From Candidatus Aenigmatarchaeota archaeon (GTDB lineage Archaea; Aenigmatarchaeota; Aenigmatarchaeia; GW2011-AR5; JACRAC01), in contig JACRAC010000011.1 in NCBI GenBank assembly GCA_016213555.1, positions 8,841 to 72,840 on the forward strand: 64,000 bases of DNA. Direction: 5' to 3'. How positions within the stretch are numbered: the first letter of the stretch is position 1; each line of letters begins with the position of its first letter. The translations under genes were made by a program, and so were the position numbers. Below the pieces are notes generated by a model that saw only the letters and a program-made list of their open reading frames with translations, was not told the DNA's origin and did not search any database. This document shows, piece after piece, positions 47,288-56,876 of this stretch.

Positions 47288-48697
47288 ATGAGAGTATCTA
47301 TATATTACGGAACTTGTTTTGATAGGGATTTTCATAAAGTAACTATAGCTAATGGATTTAGTAAGAATACGGACGTTATAGTTGTAAAAAGATTTGATCA
47401 CAAGCTTGATATTACACATCCAAAATTAAAAGAAATATATATGCATAACGATTTAATATTTACAAAAAAACTATCCGATAAAGTAATACATGACACAGAA
47501 CAGTGGCTAGAAGTACCATTCGTACTATTACTAAAATATTGGTATAATTGGGATAATTCTTTAGAAAAAAACAATAAAGAAATGAGAAAAAGATACGAGG
47601 CTATTTCGAAGTATGTGGTATTTTGGAAAAGCTTCTTCAAAAAATATAGACCAAACGTATTTGTTACTACAATGGAAAGTACGTTCCCTGAAATAGTAAG
47701 CATAGAAGTTGCAAAAAAGCTTGGGATAAAAGTTATCATAGTAAATAGTGGAAGAATAGGAAATACCTTCTTACTTTATAACGATAAATTTTTACCTATA
47801 TATTGGAGAAAAATATCTCAGCACGAGAAGAAGACATATTATGAATCTATAAGAAAAAGATACAGAACAAAGGCAGAACCAGAATCTATGAATCTTAGCA
47901 ATGATGTAAATAATTACGTAGACTTCACTCCTTTTGGAATTAAAAACAAATTGATTGATTTTTTAAGATATAGAAAAAACTACAAAAAAATGCATACTAT
48001 AGATAAATTAAGGACATTAAGTCCATTTCAGCTTTTCAAGAAAGTATCTACTGGGATTTTTAGGAGGACTTATGCGTCTTTCTTTTATGAAAATTTTGAT
48101 TATCAGAAAGAAAAATTCATATTTTTCCCTTTGCATTACACAGATGAGGCTGCCTTGTCTTATCAGGAAGCTTTTTTGGATCAGTTTGAGTTGATAACAA
48201 AAATATCTAAATGCCTTCCTTTAGATGTATTTTTAGTTGTAAAACCTCATCCACATTGGAGATGTATGGATATTCCTATATCAAAAATAAAAGAATTAAA
48301 GTCAAATCCAAGAATTAAATTCATATCACCTGATGTTAATGTTTATAAACTAATTAATTTCAGCAAAGGTGTAGTTACAATAAATTCCACAACTGGTTTT
48401 GAAGCATTGGCTTTGGATAAACCCATAATAACTTTTGGACATGATTTTTATGCTGATCCTAATATAGCTAAAACAATATACGACCTTAATTATCTTCCAG
48501 AAGCAATACGTGATATGATAGACGGGAAGCTAAAAATAAATAATAAGAAACTTTCAGAATTCTTTTCTATTTACTATAAACATCTAATTTTCATAAAAGG
48601 TAGAATGGGTTTGTACGTAGATATAACTGAAGAAGATGGGAGAGCTGTAGCAAAAAACATTGAGGAATATATAACTTCTTCTAAAAAAAGTTTTTAA
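47288..48697 (+). CDS. Second KpsS/KpsC-like glycosyltransferase (tandem paralog)
   Basis: FFPLHYTDEA, VVKPHP, TINSTTGFEA..DKP.ITFG; shares DQF.LI..ISK and C.DIPISK with the upstream gene. Confidence 0.7.
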   Translation: MRVSIYYGTCFDRDFHKVTIANGFSKNTDVIVVKRFDHKLDITHPKLKEIYMHNDLIFTKKLSDKVIHDTEQWLEVPFVLLLKYWYNWDNSLEKNNKEMRKRYEAISKYVVFWKSFFKKYRPNVFVTTMESTFPEIVSIEVAKKLGIKVIIVNSGRIGNTFLLYNDKFLPIYWRKISQHEKKTYYESIRKRYRTKAEPESMNLSNDVNNYVDFTPFGIKNKLIDFLRYRKNYKKMHTIDKLRTLSPFQLFKKVSTGIFRRTYASFFYENFDYQKEKFIFFPLHYTDEAALSYQEAFLDQFELITKISKCLPLDVFLVVKPHPHWRCMDIPISKIKELKSNPRIKFISPDVNVYKLINFSKGVVTINSTTGFEALALDKPIITFGHDFYADPNIAKTIYDLNYLPEAIRDMIDGKLKINNKKLSEFFSIYYKHLIFIKGRMGLYVDITEEDGRAVAKNIEEYITSSKKSF

Positions 48698-48728
48698 TAC
48701 ATTCACGCTTATTAAATTATGTGACACA

Positions 48729-49694
48729 ATGGATCTAACTATAGATATGGAAAAAATGAGGCCTTCTGGATTTCATAATTATGTTAAGAAAAGAAGAGAC
48801 GATTTGATAGATAGGGTTAACAAAGGTTCTGATTGGACTCCTGTCAAAGAATGTCCTGTTTGTAAAAATATGTCAAACAACCAAAAATATTTTGATTATA
48901 GAGGTATTGTTTCTTTTGTATGTGATAAATGCGATTGTTTATATGATGATAAGGTACCTGTTTCTGTAGAAGATGTATATGATAATGTAGATTATTTAGA
49001 GCATACGAAAAAAACATCTTATATAAAAGAATATGAATATAGAAAAAATCGTTTTGGATTTGAGAGGGCTAATATAATTGAAAGTTCTCTAGGTAGTCTA
49101 AAAGGTAAAAGAATTCTTGATATTGGGTGTGGAACAGGTCTTTTTCTGGATGTTATGACTAAATTTGGTGCTGTTCCTGATGGATTAGAAATATCAAAGC
49201 CGCTTGCTGAATATACAGCAAAAAGACTTGGTATAAAAGTATTTACTGAAGATTTTATGGGTTTTAGCTCTGATTATAGATATGATGTTATAACAATGTT
49301 TGATCTTATAGAGCATATAAAAAATCCATTGGATATGCTACAACGTGCTAAAGAATTATTGAATAAAGGAGGAATTATTCTTGTATTTACACCAAATTAT
49401 AGATCAATAGCTTTTGAAATCTTAAAAAATAATTCTAATCTCTATATACCTACAGATCATTTATTATTTTTTTCTAAAAAGACCGTAGACTTTTTGGCAA
49501 AGACACTAGGCATGGAACTCTCGATGTATTCAACCAACGGAATGGATGCGTTTGATCTGTTGTCTTTCGATAGGGATATAAATAATATTGATATAAGTAA
49601 CTCTATACTTTTGAATAACATAAATAAAGTCCAAGATACTATTAACATCTCTGGTTATGCAAACCACATGAGATTTATATTAAAAAAGGTGTGA
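48729..49694 (+). CDS. Class I SAM-dependent methyltransferase with N-terminal Cys4 Zn site
   Basis: CPVC...CDKC, ILDIGCGTG, FDLIEH, FTPN, HLLFF. Confidence 0.88.
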   Translation: MDLTIDMEKMRPSGFHNYVKKRRDDLIDRVNKGSDWTPVKECPVCKNMSNNQKYFDYRGIVSFVCDKCDCLYDDKVPVSVEDVYDNVDYLEHTKKTSYIKEYEYRKNRFGFERANIIESSLGSLKGKRILDIGCGTGLFLDVMTKFGAVPDGLEISKPLAEYTAKRLGIKVFTEDFMGFSSDYRYDVITMFDLIEHIKNPLDMLQRAKELLNKGGIILVFTPNYRSIAFEILKNNSNLYIPTDHLLFFSKKTVDFLAKTLGMELSMYSTNGMDAFDLLSFDRDINNIDISNSILLNNINKVQDTINISGYANHMRFILKKV

Positions 49695-49696
49695 TA

Positions 49697-50860
49697 ATGA
49701 AATCAGACAACTATTCTTATAAAGTTCGTTTAAATGTTAGATTTGGATTTGGTATTTGTAGAAATATAGGAGAATATTTGAAAAAATCTGGTTTAAACAA
49801 CGTAGGATTTATAATAGATAGAGGTGTTTTTTCTTCTGAACCTGTAAAAGCTATGATAAAATCTGCGCAAGACCATTGCTCTGTAAATAAAGTATACGAA
49901 TGTAGCTTAGTCGAACCTACATATGATGAACTAGATGCTATTACAGAAGAATTTAGAAACCAAAAATTCGATGTAATAATAGGAGTAGGAGGAGGAAGTA
50001 TTATGGATACAGCAAAAGGAGTTTGCGCTCTTATTACAAATCCTGGAAAGGGGATTCAATATAGAGGGTTTGATTTATTGAAAAATAATCCAATACATAT
50101 GATAGCTGTTCCTACAACTGCAGGTACTGGAAGTGAAGTTACTCCAAACGCAGTTTTCACAGATAGTAATGAACAGAGAAAATTAGGTATTAATGGAGAT
50201 AAAATGTTTGCTTACATGTCTTTTCTAGATCCAGAACTTACTATGACATGTCCAAAAAGACCTACTGTATCATCTGGCATGGATGCAATTGTACATACTT
50301 TGGAAAGCTTTGGATCTATTGCAGCAACACCATTTTCTAGAATGTATTCTAGAGAAGCTTTTAGGCTACTTTTTAATTCACTACCTAAGTTAGTGGATAA
50401 CATGAATGATAAAGATCTTAGATCAAAAATGCTTTTAGGAAGCCATTATGCTGGAATAGCTTTGTTTAATGCTAGTGCGGGGCCTTCTGGAGCACTATCA
50501 TATCCGTTAGGAGTTTTATTTAAGGTTCCTCACGGAATTGCAGGAGCGGTCTTTTTGCCAAAGGTTCTAAGAAAAAACGTGGAGATGGGGTATTATGGAT
50601 ATTCAGAGTTGTACGATCTTATTGATGGTGCAAACATGTCTCTTTCTGAAAAAGAAAAAGCATTTGCATTTTGTGATGCTTTAGATACTTTATGTAATAA
50701 AGTTGAGATTCCTGACAAGCTTACTGTTTTTGGTGTTACAGAAAATGATATAGATATACTTCATAAACAAACGGTCACTGGGTTGAAGGCTGCAATAGAT
50801 CATAATCCAGTGAAATTTGAAGATAAACATATTAGAGAAATACTAGAAAATATGATCTAA
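49697..50860 (+). CDS. Iron-containing (group III) alcohol dehydrogenase family protein
   Basis: EP, GGGSIMDTAK, PTTAGTGSEVT, DAIVHTLES, VPHG. Confidence 0.9.
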   Translation: MKSDNYSYKVRLNVRFGFGICRNIGEYLKKSGLNNVGFIIDRGVFSSEPVKAMIKSAQDHCSVNKVYECSLVEPTYDELDAITEEFRNQKFDVIIGVGGGSIMDTAKGVCALITNPGKGIQYRGFDLLKNNPIHMIAVPTTAGTGSEVTPNAVFTDSNEQRKLGINGDKMFAYMSFLDPELTMTCPKRPTVSSGMDAIVHTLESFGSIAATPFSRMYSREAFRLLFNSLPKLVDNMNDKDLRSKMLLGSHYAGIALFNASAGPSGALSYPLGVLFKVPHGIAGAVFLPKVLRKNVEMGYYGYSELYDLIDGANMSLSEKEKAFAFCDALDTLCNKVEIPDKLTVFGVTENDIDILHKQTVTGLKAAIDHNPVKFEDKHIREILENMI

Positions 50861-50876
50861 ATTTAGTTGTATACAT

Positions 50877-51977
50877 ATGTTAATCAAAATAGACAATATA
50901 TCTATAGGTAATTCTAATAAATGTTTTGTTATAGCAGAAGCTGGTGTAAATCATAATGGAGATATAGAAAAAGCATACGAATTGATAGATGCTGCAGTGG
51001 ATGCTAATGCAGATGCTGTTAAATTTCAGACATTTAAGACCGAAGAAATAGCAACAATAGATGCAAAACAAGCAACTTATCAAAAAATTAACATGGGAAA
51101 AGAAGAATCCCAATATGAAATGTTAAAACGTCTTGAATTAAGTTATCAGGATTTTAAAAACTTAAAAAAGTACTGTGACAAAAAAAATATACTTTTTATG
51201 TCAGCTCCTCATTCTTGTAAAGAAGATGTAGATTTGGTTGCAGCTCTTTGCCCAGTTATAAAAGTGCCAAGTGGAGATCTGACAAACTTACCTATCTTAA
51301 AATATATGGCTGAAAAAAGAATTCCTATAATTTTGTCAACAGGAATGTCTAACATGGAGGAGATAAAAGAGGCTTTAGACATTATTACACCAATTAATAA
51401 ACAACTTATAATTCTTCATTGTACATCAAACTATCCAACTCCTTTGAATGAAGTTAATTTGAAAGCTATGAAAACAATTGAAAAAGCGTTTGGATTTCCA
51501 GTAGGTTATTCTGACCATACAATGGGTACAGAAATAACAGTTGCCTCTGTTGCAATGGGTGCATGTGTTGTAGAAAAACATTTTACATTAGATAGGAATC
51601 TTCCAGGACCTGATCATAAGGCATCTCTAGAACCAAATGAGCTAAAAAAAATGGTTAATGAAATACGTAATGTAGAAAAGAGACTAACTCAAGGCATCTC
51701 TCCAGAAAAAATATTAAAAGAACTCAATCTTTTAGATTCTATGGGAGATGGTGTCAAAAAACCCCAACTCTCTGAAATTGAGGTTATGAGAGTTGCAAGA
51801 AAGAGTTTAGTAGCTGCCGTAAATATACCTGAATACACAATAATAACAGAAAAAATGCTTGCAATAAAAAGACCTGGTACTGGATTACATCCAAGAAATT
51901 ACTGGAGTCTTATAGGTAAAAAAGCTAAAACAAACATTAAAAAGGATGAAATGCTTGATATTAAAATGATAGCATGA
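50877..51977 (+). CDS. neuB: Nonulosonic acid synthase (NeuB/LegI family)
   Basis: IAEAGVNHNG, AVKFQ, STGM, HCTSNYP, GYSDHT, EKHFT, GPDH, C-terminal SAF domain. Confidence 0.94.
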   Translation: MLIKIDNISIGNSNKCFVIAEAGVNHNGDIEKAYELIDAAVDANADAVKFQTFKTEEIATIDAKQATYQKINMGKEESQYEMLKRLELSYQDFKNLKKYCDKKNILFMSAPHSCKEDVDLVAALCPVIKVPSGDLTNLPILKYMAEKRIPIILSTGMSNMEEIKEALDIITPINKQLIILHCTSNYPTPLNEVNLKAMKTIEKAFGFPVGYSDHTMGTEITVASVAMGACVVEKHFTLDRNLPGPDHKASLEPNELKKMVNEIRNVEKRLTQGISPEKILKELNLLDSMGDGVKKPQLSEIEVMRVARKSLVAAVNIPEYTIITEKMLAIKRPGTGLHPRNYWSLIGKKAKTNIKKDEMLDIKMIA

Positions 51978-52927
51978 AGAAAAATATAAAAATAATTAGA
52001 AGTGCTGTAGGCAGTATGCCTTCATGGGGTCTTATAAAAGAACTCACCAAAAACAATGTAGATATTGTTGGAATTGATAGCAGTCCAATTTCTTTTGGGT
52101 TATATTTGTTGAAAAAAAGTTATGTCGTGCCAAAAGGTAATGACCCAAATTTTATAAATTCTCTCATAAATATAGTTAAAAAAGAAACCCCGGATGCAAT
52201 TATTTCAGGACCAGAAGAAGAAATACTTAATATTTCTAAAAATAAAAGTTTACTGGAAAATAGTGGTATGCTTGTTTTATGTCCAGATTTTGAATCAGTT
52301 GAGATATGTGCAAATAAAAGAAAAACTTACAAATTCTTTAAAAATAATAATATTCCTACACCAGAAATATTTGATGAAGAAAAAAGAGTTAAATTTCCAT
52401 GCGTAGTAAAACCAATTTTTGGAAGAGGGGGTGCAGGTGTATATGTAGCTAATAACCAGGAAGAACTAAGATATTATTTGTCTAAATCAAAAGATTTTAT
52501 TATACAAGAATATGTTGCTGGCACTGAATATACTGTTGATGTTCTTGCAGATAGAGATGGTAATTCATTATCAATTGTTCCTAGAATAAGACTTGGTATA
52601 GAGTCTGGAGTTTCTGTAAAAGGTAAAACCGTATACGACAAAAAAATAATAAATTATGTACAACTTATAGTAAAAAAATTGAAATTATTTGGACCTTCTT
52701 GTATACAGTGCATAAAAAGTTCTGACAGTCTTAAGTTCATAGAAATTAATACACGATTTGGAGGGGGGTCAATACTTTCAATGAAAGCAGATCCTACCAT
52801 AGTACAAAATTTAATAAGAATAATAAGAGGAGAGACTCCTAGAAAAAATAGAACATTCAAAAGAAATCTTATCATGTTACGATATTATTCTGAGATGTTT
52901 TTACAGGAAAAAGATATTAAGAAGTGA
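51974..52927 (+). CDS. ATP-grasp protein (carbamoyl-phosphate synthase-like)
   Basis: VVKP..G.G, QEYVAG.EYTVD, IEINTRFGGG. Confidence 0.85.
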   Translation: MKKNIKIIRSAVGSMPSWGLIKELTKNNVDIVGIDSSPISFGLYLLKKSYVVPKGNDPNFINSLINIVKKETPDAIISGPEEEILNISKNKSLLENSGMLVLCPDFESVEICANKRKTYKFFKNNNIPTPEIFDEEKRVKFPCVVKPIFGRGGAGVYVANNQEELRYYLSKSKDFIIQEYVAGTEYTVDVLADRDGNSLSIVPRIRLGIESGVSVKGKTVYDKKIINYVQLIVKKLKLFGPSCIQCIKSSDSLKFIEINTRFGGGSILSMKADPTIVQNLIRIIRGETPRKNRTFKRNLIMLRYYSEMFLQEKDIKK

Positions 52928-52931
52928 TTTT

Positions 52932-53585
52932 ATGAAAGCTGTTATATTTGATCTAGATAATACTTTATACGATCACTCAAAATATCTTTTAGGGGCTTTT
53001 AGAGATGTTTCCAAGTATCTAAGTCATAAACATTCTTTAAATCAAAGACATGTTTATAAAGTTCTAGTGAGCATATGGAAAAAAAATACTAGTATGTATC
53101 CTAGAGTCTTTAATGATCTTTTAGATCAGCTGTCAATAAAAGAAGATGTAATAAATCTTGTCAATATTTTTAATGCACATGTGTGTAATATTGCTCCTTA
53201 TAAAGATGTAAGATTATTAATAAAAAAATTAAAGAAACAAAAATTCCTTTTAGGGCTTATTACAGATGGTACGGTTGATAGACAAAAAAGAAAGCTAAGC
53301 GCCTTAAAATTACAAAATTCTTTTGATGTAATTATTTTCACGAAAGAAATTGGACATCCAAAGCCTTCTCACAAACCTTTTCTACAAGCTCTATATAAGC
53401 TTGGTGTGAAACCTGAAAATACCTTTTATATTGGAGATAATCCAATAGTAGATTTTGAAGGTTCTAAAAAAGTAGGTATGCATACAATAAGACTCCTTAA
53501 AGGTGAGTTTAGGAAACTTAAAAAAAATAAATATATAGATTATGAAGTAAAGGAGATTATAGATATAATGAAAGTAATCATGTGA
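52932..53585 (+). CDS. HAD-superfamily hydrolase
   Basis: FDLDNTL, ITDG, KPS, IGDNP..D. Confidence 0.9.
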   Translation: MKAVIFDLDNTLYDHSKYLLGAFRDVSKYLSHKHSLNQRHVYKVLVSIWKKNTSMYPRVFNDLLDQLSIKEDVINLVNIFNAHVCNIAPYKDVRLLIKKLKKQKFLLGLITDGTVDRQKRKLSALKLQNSFDVIIFTKEIGHPKPSHKPFLQALYKLGVKPENTFYIGDNPIVDFEGSKKVGMHTIRLLKGEFRKLKKNKYIDYEVKEIIDIMKVIM

Positions 53586-54595
53586 TTTTTGTGGATTTGA
53601 AAGACAAAAAAATACTAGTTACTGGTGGAGCAGGGTTTATAGGTAGTCATATATGTGAAAAACTTGTATCTTTAGGATCTTCTGTAACTATATTAGATGA
53701 TCTTTCAACTGGAAAAGAAAAAAATATTGCTTCAATAAAAGATAAAATAAAATTTATTAAAGGTAGCGTAGAAGATTATAGAACAGTTCTAAATTCTACA
53801 AAGAAAATTGATTACGTCATTCATCAGGCTTTTCCATACGGAAGGTCTGGAATGGGTCTAGATGAACAATATACTGAGGCAGGAGTTATAGGTACTTTTA
53901 ATGTCCTAAAAGCTTCTGTGATAAATGGTGTGAAAAAGGTTGTTAATGCTTCATCTGTAGCTGCTTATGGTATTCCAAAATATACTCCTTTAGATGAAAA
54001 ACACCCTACAAACCCTTTTCTTCCATATGGTGCAACAAAGATCGTAGGAGAATTGTATTGTAAAACATTTTCAAATCTTTATACTATAGATACAATCAGT
54101 CTTAGGTATTTTTATGTTTATGGTGCAAGATACGCGCAGTTTGATCATAGTGCTATGGTAAATTTTCTTATAAGATCTGTTAGAGGAGAAGATCTTATTA
54201 TATATGGTAATGGTTCTCAAATAAGAGACTATACATATATAGATGATATAGTAAATGGCACACTTCTGGCACTTTTAAAGGAGAATTCCTTAGGAACTGT
54301 ATACAATATAAGCGGTGGTGACGGAATAACTATTCTTGATTTGGCCAAAAAAATAAAAAAGTTGGTAAATAAAAAATCTTCTATAAAATTCGCTGGAAAT
54401 GCAGAATATAGGTTCAGTGATAAGTACAATAAAATTCCTATAGGACTTACCACTAAAGTTGGGGGTAAATGGATAGATGAGAGAAATTATATAGGTAACA
54501 TATCTTTGGCTAAGAAAGAACTTGGTTACAAACCCAAGATTAAAATAGATGATGGTATACAAAGAACTGCGAACTGGTTAAAGTCTATTATGTGA
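53582..54595 (+). CDS. NAD-dependent epimerase/dehydratase
   Basis: TGGAGFIGSH, ASS, YGATK, RYFYVYG, QIRDY. Confidence 0.9.
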   Translation: MIFVDLKDKKILVTGGAGFIGSHICEKLVSLGSSVTILDDLSTGKEKNIASIKDKIKFIKGSVEDYRTVLNSTKKIDYVIHQAFPYGRSGMGLDEQYTEAGVIGTFNVLKASVINGVKKVVNASSVAAYGIPKYTPLDEKHPTNPFLPYGATKIVGELYCKTFSNLYTIDTISLRYFYVYGARYAQFDHSAMVNFLIRSVRGEDLIIYGNGSQIRDYTYIDDIVNGTLLALLKENSLGTVYNISGGDGITILDLAKKIKKLVNKKSSIKFAGNAEYRFSDKYNKIPIGLTTKVGGKWIDERNYIGNISLAKKELGYKPKIKIDDGIQRTANWLKSIM

Positions 54596-54599
54596 TTAA

Positions 54600-55766
54600 A
54601 TGAACAAAAAAATAGCTGTTGTAACAGGAACAAGGGCTGAATATGGATATCTCAAGCCATTGATAGAGAAAATACTTGGAAGAAAAGGACTAACTCTTCT
54701 TCTATATGTTACAGGAATGCATATTGTTAAAGAATACGGAAATACTGTAAATGAAATAGTTAAGGATGGCTTTGAAATAAGGAAGATTATAGATATGGAT
54801 GTTAAAGAAAATAATACAGTATTTGATACTGCCATATCCATATCAAATGGTGTTAAAGGATTTACAAAAGCTTTTCAAGAAGATTCTCCGGATATGGTAG
54901 TTGTCTTTGGAGACAGAACAGAACCATTTTCAGCTGCTGTAGCAGCAACTACTGTAAATATACCTGTTGCGCATATAAACGGTGGTGATGTAGGGTTTGG
55001 AGATTTAGATAATAATTTAAGACATGCTATTACTAAACTTTCGCATCTACACTTTACTGCAAGTCATCAAAGTATGTGTAGGGTTTTAAAATTAGGAGAA
55101 GAAAAATGGAGGGTTTTTAATGCAGGAGCATTGTCTTTAGACTCTATATTGAATAAAAAATTGTCTAGCAGAAAAGATATATTAGATAAATACTCTATAC
55201 CTGATAGAAAAATAATTCTTGTTGTCTTTCATCCTGTGACTACAGAATATCAGGATTCATCAAATCAAATGAACATAGTTATGCAATCTGTAAAAGAGAT
55301 TGCAGAAAAACATAATAGTGAAATAGTCACAATATATCCTAATGCTTATCCAGGAGGTTATGAAATAATAAAGGTAATTAAAAACTTCTCAAAAAAATCG
55401 AATAAAATACATGTTTTTGAAAATATATCACATCTGGACTATTTATCAATGTTATCTATTTCTTCGGTTTTTCTAGGTAATTCAAGTAGTGGAATAATAG
55501 AGGCGCCATCTTTAGGAATACCTTATGTTTGTATAGCTAACAGACAGTATGGGAGAGAGAGAGGTTATAATGTTATAGATGTTGAATGTAAAAAAAGTTA
55601 CATAAATAAAGCTGTAGAAAAGGCTATGTTTAATAAAAAATTTATCAAAATAGTTGAAAAGAGAAAAAGCCCTTATGGTAACGGAAAAGCTAGCGAATTT
55701 ATTGTTGATATACTATCAAGAATAAATATTGATAAGAGGCTTTTGCAGAAGAAAATTACATATTAG
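54600..55766 (+). CDS. neuC: Hydrolysing NDP-N-acetylhexosamine 2-epimerase (NeuC/LegG family)
   Basis: TGTRAEYG, TGMH, GDR.E, RHAITKLSHLHF, HPVT, GNSSSGIIEA, RQ.GR. Confidence 0.93.
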   Translation: MNKKIAVVTGTRAEYGYLKPLIEKILGRKGLTLLLYVTGMHIVKEYGNTVNEIVKDGFEIRKIIDMDVKENNTVFDTAISISNGVKGFTKAFQEDSPDMVVVFGDRTEPFSAAVAATTVNIPVAHINGGDVGFGDLDNNLRHAITKLSHLHFTASHQSMCRVLKLGEEKWRVFNAGALSLDSILNKKLSSRKDILDKYSIPDRKIILVVFHPVTTEYQDSSNQMNIVMQSVKEIAEKHNSEIVTIYPNAYPGGYEIIKVIKNFSKKSNKIHVFENISHLDYLSMLSISSVFLGNSSSGIIEAPSLGIPYVCIANRQYGRERGYNVIDVECKKSYINKAVEKAMFNKKFIKIVEKRKSPYGNGKASEFIVDILSRINIDKRLLQKKITY

Positions 55767-55815
55767 ATTTATACAAAATTTCTATATTTAAGATTATATT
55801 GTAAATATGATATTT

Positions 55816-56472
55816 ATGAAAATACTTATTATAGCCCCTCATCCAGATGATGAAGTATTAGGATGTGGAGCTACTATTGCAAAATATACAAAACTAGGAC
55901 ACGACGTGTACACATGTATTGTTACAAAAGCATACACACCTGATTGGTCTGAGGAATTTATTAAAAATAGACCAAAAGAAGTTGAAAAATCAAATAAGAT
56001 TTTGGGTATAAAAAAGACTTATTTTTTAGACTTCCCAACTGCAAAGTTAGATACAGTACCACAAAGAGATATAAACAAGGCTATTTCAGATGTTGTTTCT
56101 GAAGTGTCTCCTAACACAGTTTTTATACCACATAAGGGGGACTTGAATAGAGATCATAGACTAGTTTTTGAATGTGCCTTGGTAGCCTTAAGACCTAATA
56201 ATTCAAAAGTCGAAAAAATACTATCCTTCGAAGTTTTATCAGAAACAGATTGGGGACATCCTATAGAAGGATTTAATCCAAATTTATATGTTGATGTATC
56301 AAAATCATTTAAGAAAAAAATAGACGCCATGAAAGTATATGGAACAGAATTAAAAGAATATCCACACCCTAGATCTATAGAAGCTATAGAATCTTTAGCT
56401 AAAAAAAGAGGATCTGAAGCATGTCTTAATCTTGCAGAATCCTTTTTTATTATAAGAGAAGTCTCAAAGTGA
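55816..56472 (+). CDS. PIG-L/LmbE family N-acetyl sugar deacetylase
   Basis: APHPDDEVLGCG, DLNRDH, AESF. Confidence 0.9.
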   Translation: MKILIIAPHPDDEVLGCGATIAKYTKLGHDVYTCIVTKAYTPDWSEEFIKNRPKEVEKSNKILGIKKTYFLDFPTAKLDTVPQRDINKAISDVVSEVSPNTVFIPHKGDLNRDHRLVFECALVALRPNNSKVEKILSFEVLSETDWGHPIEGFNPNLYVDVSKSFKKKIDAMKVYGTELKEYPHPRSIEAIESLAKKRGSEACLNLAESFFIIREVSK

Positions 56473-56477
56473 TTATT

Positions 56478-56876
56478 ATGGAAAGATTTGATAAATGGAA
56501 AGAGCCTACTATAAAAGATGGAAAACTGACCAAATGGAATTGGATGGTCCAAAACAAAAAAAACTTGAAACTTGGTAAAAAAACAGATATAGGAGCTTTT
56601 ACCTATATTAATGCAAAATACGGGGTTTATATAGAGGACTTCGTTGAGTTAGGTTCTCATTGTTCTATTTACTCTGAATCTACAATAGACGGAAAAAGAG
56701 GACCTGTCAAAATTAAGAAAAATGCTAAAATAGGATCACACTCTGTTATTATGCCAGGTGTAACAATAGGAGAAAATTCTGTTGTGGGGGCGATGAGTTT
56801 TGTAAATAAAAGCATCCCTGATAATTCTATTGCATTTGGGATACCTGCTAAGGTGGTAAAAATTGTTAAACAATAA
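56478..56876 (+). CDS. Hexapeptide-repeat acyltransferase
   Basis: Left-handed beta-helix repeats, IGENSVVGA.S.V, GIPAK. Confidence 0.87.
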   Translation: MERFDKWKEPTIKDGKLTKWNWMVQNKKNLKLGKKTDIGAFTYINAKYGVYIEDFVELGSHCSIYSESTIDGKRGPVKIKKNAKIGSHSVIMPGVTIGENSVVGAMSFVNKSIPDNSIAFGIPAKVVKIVKQ

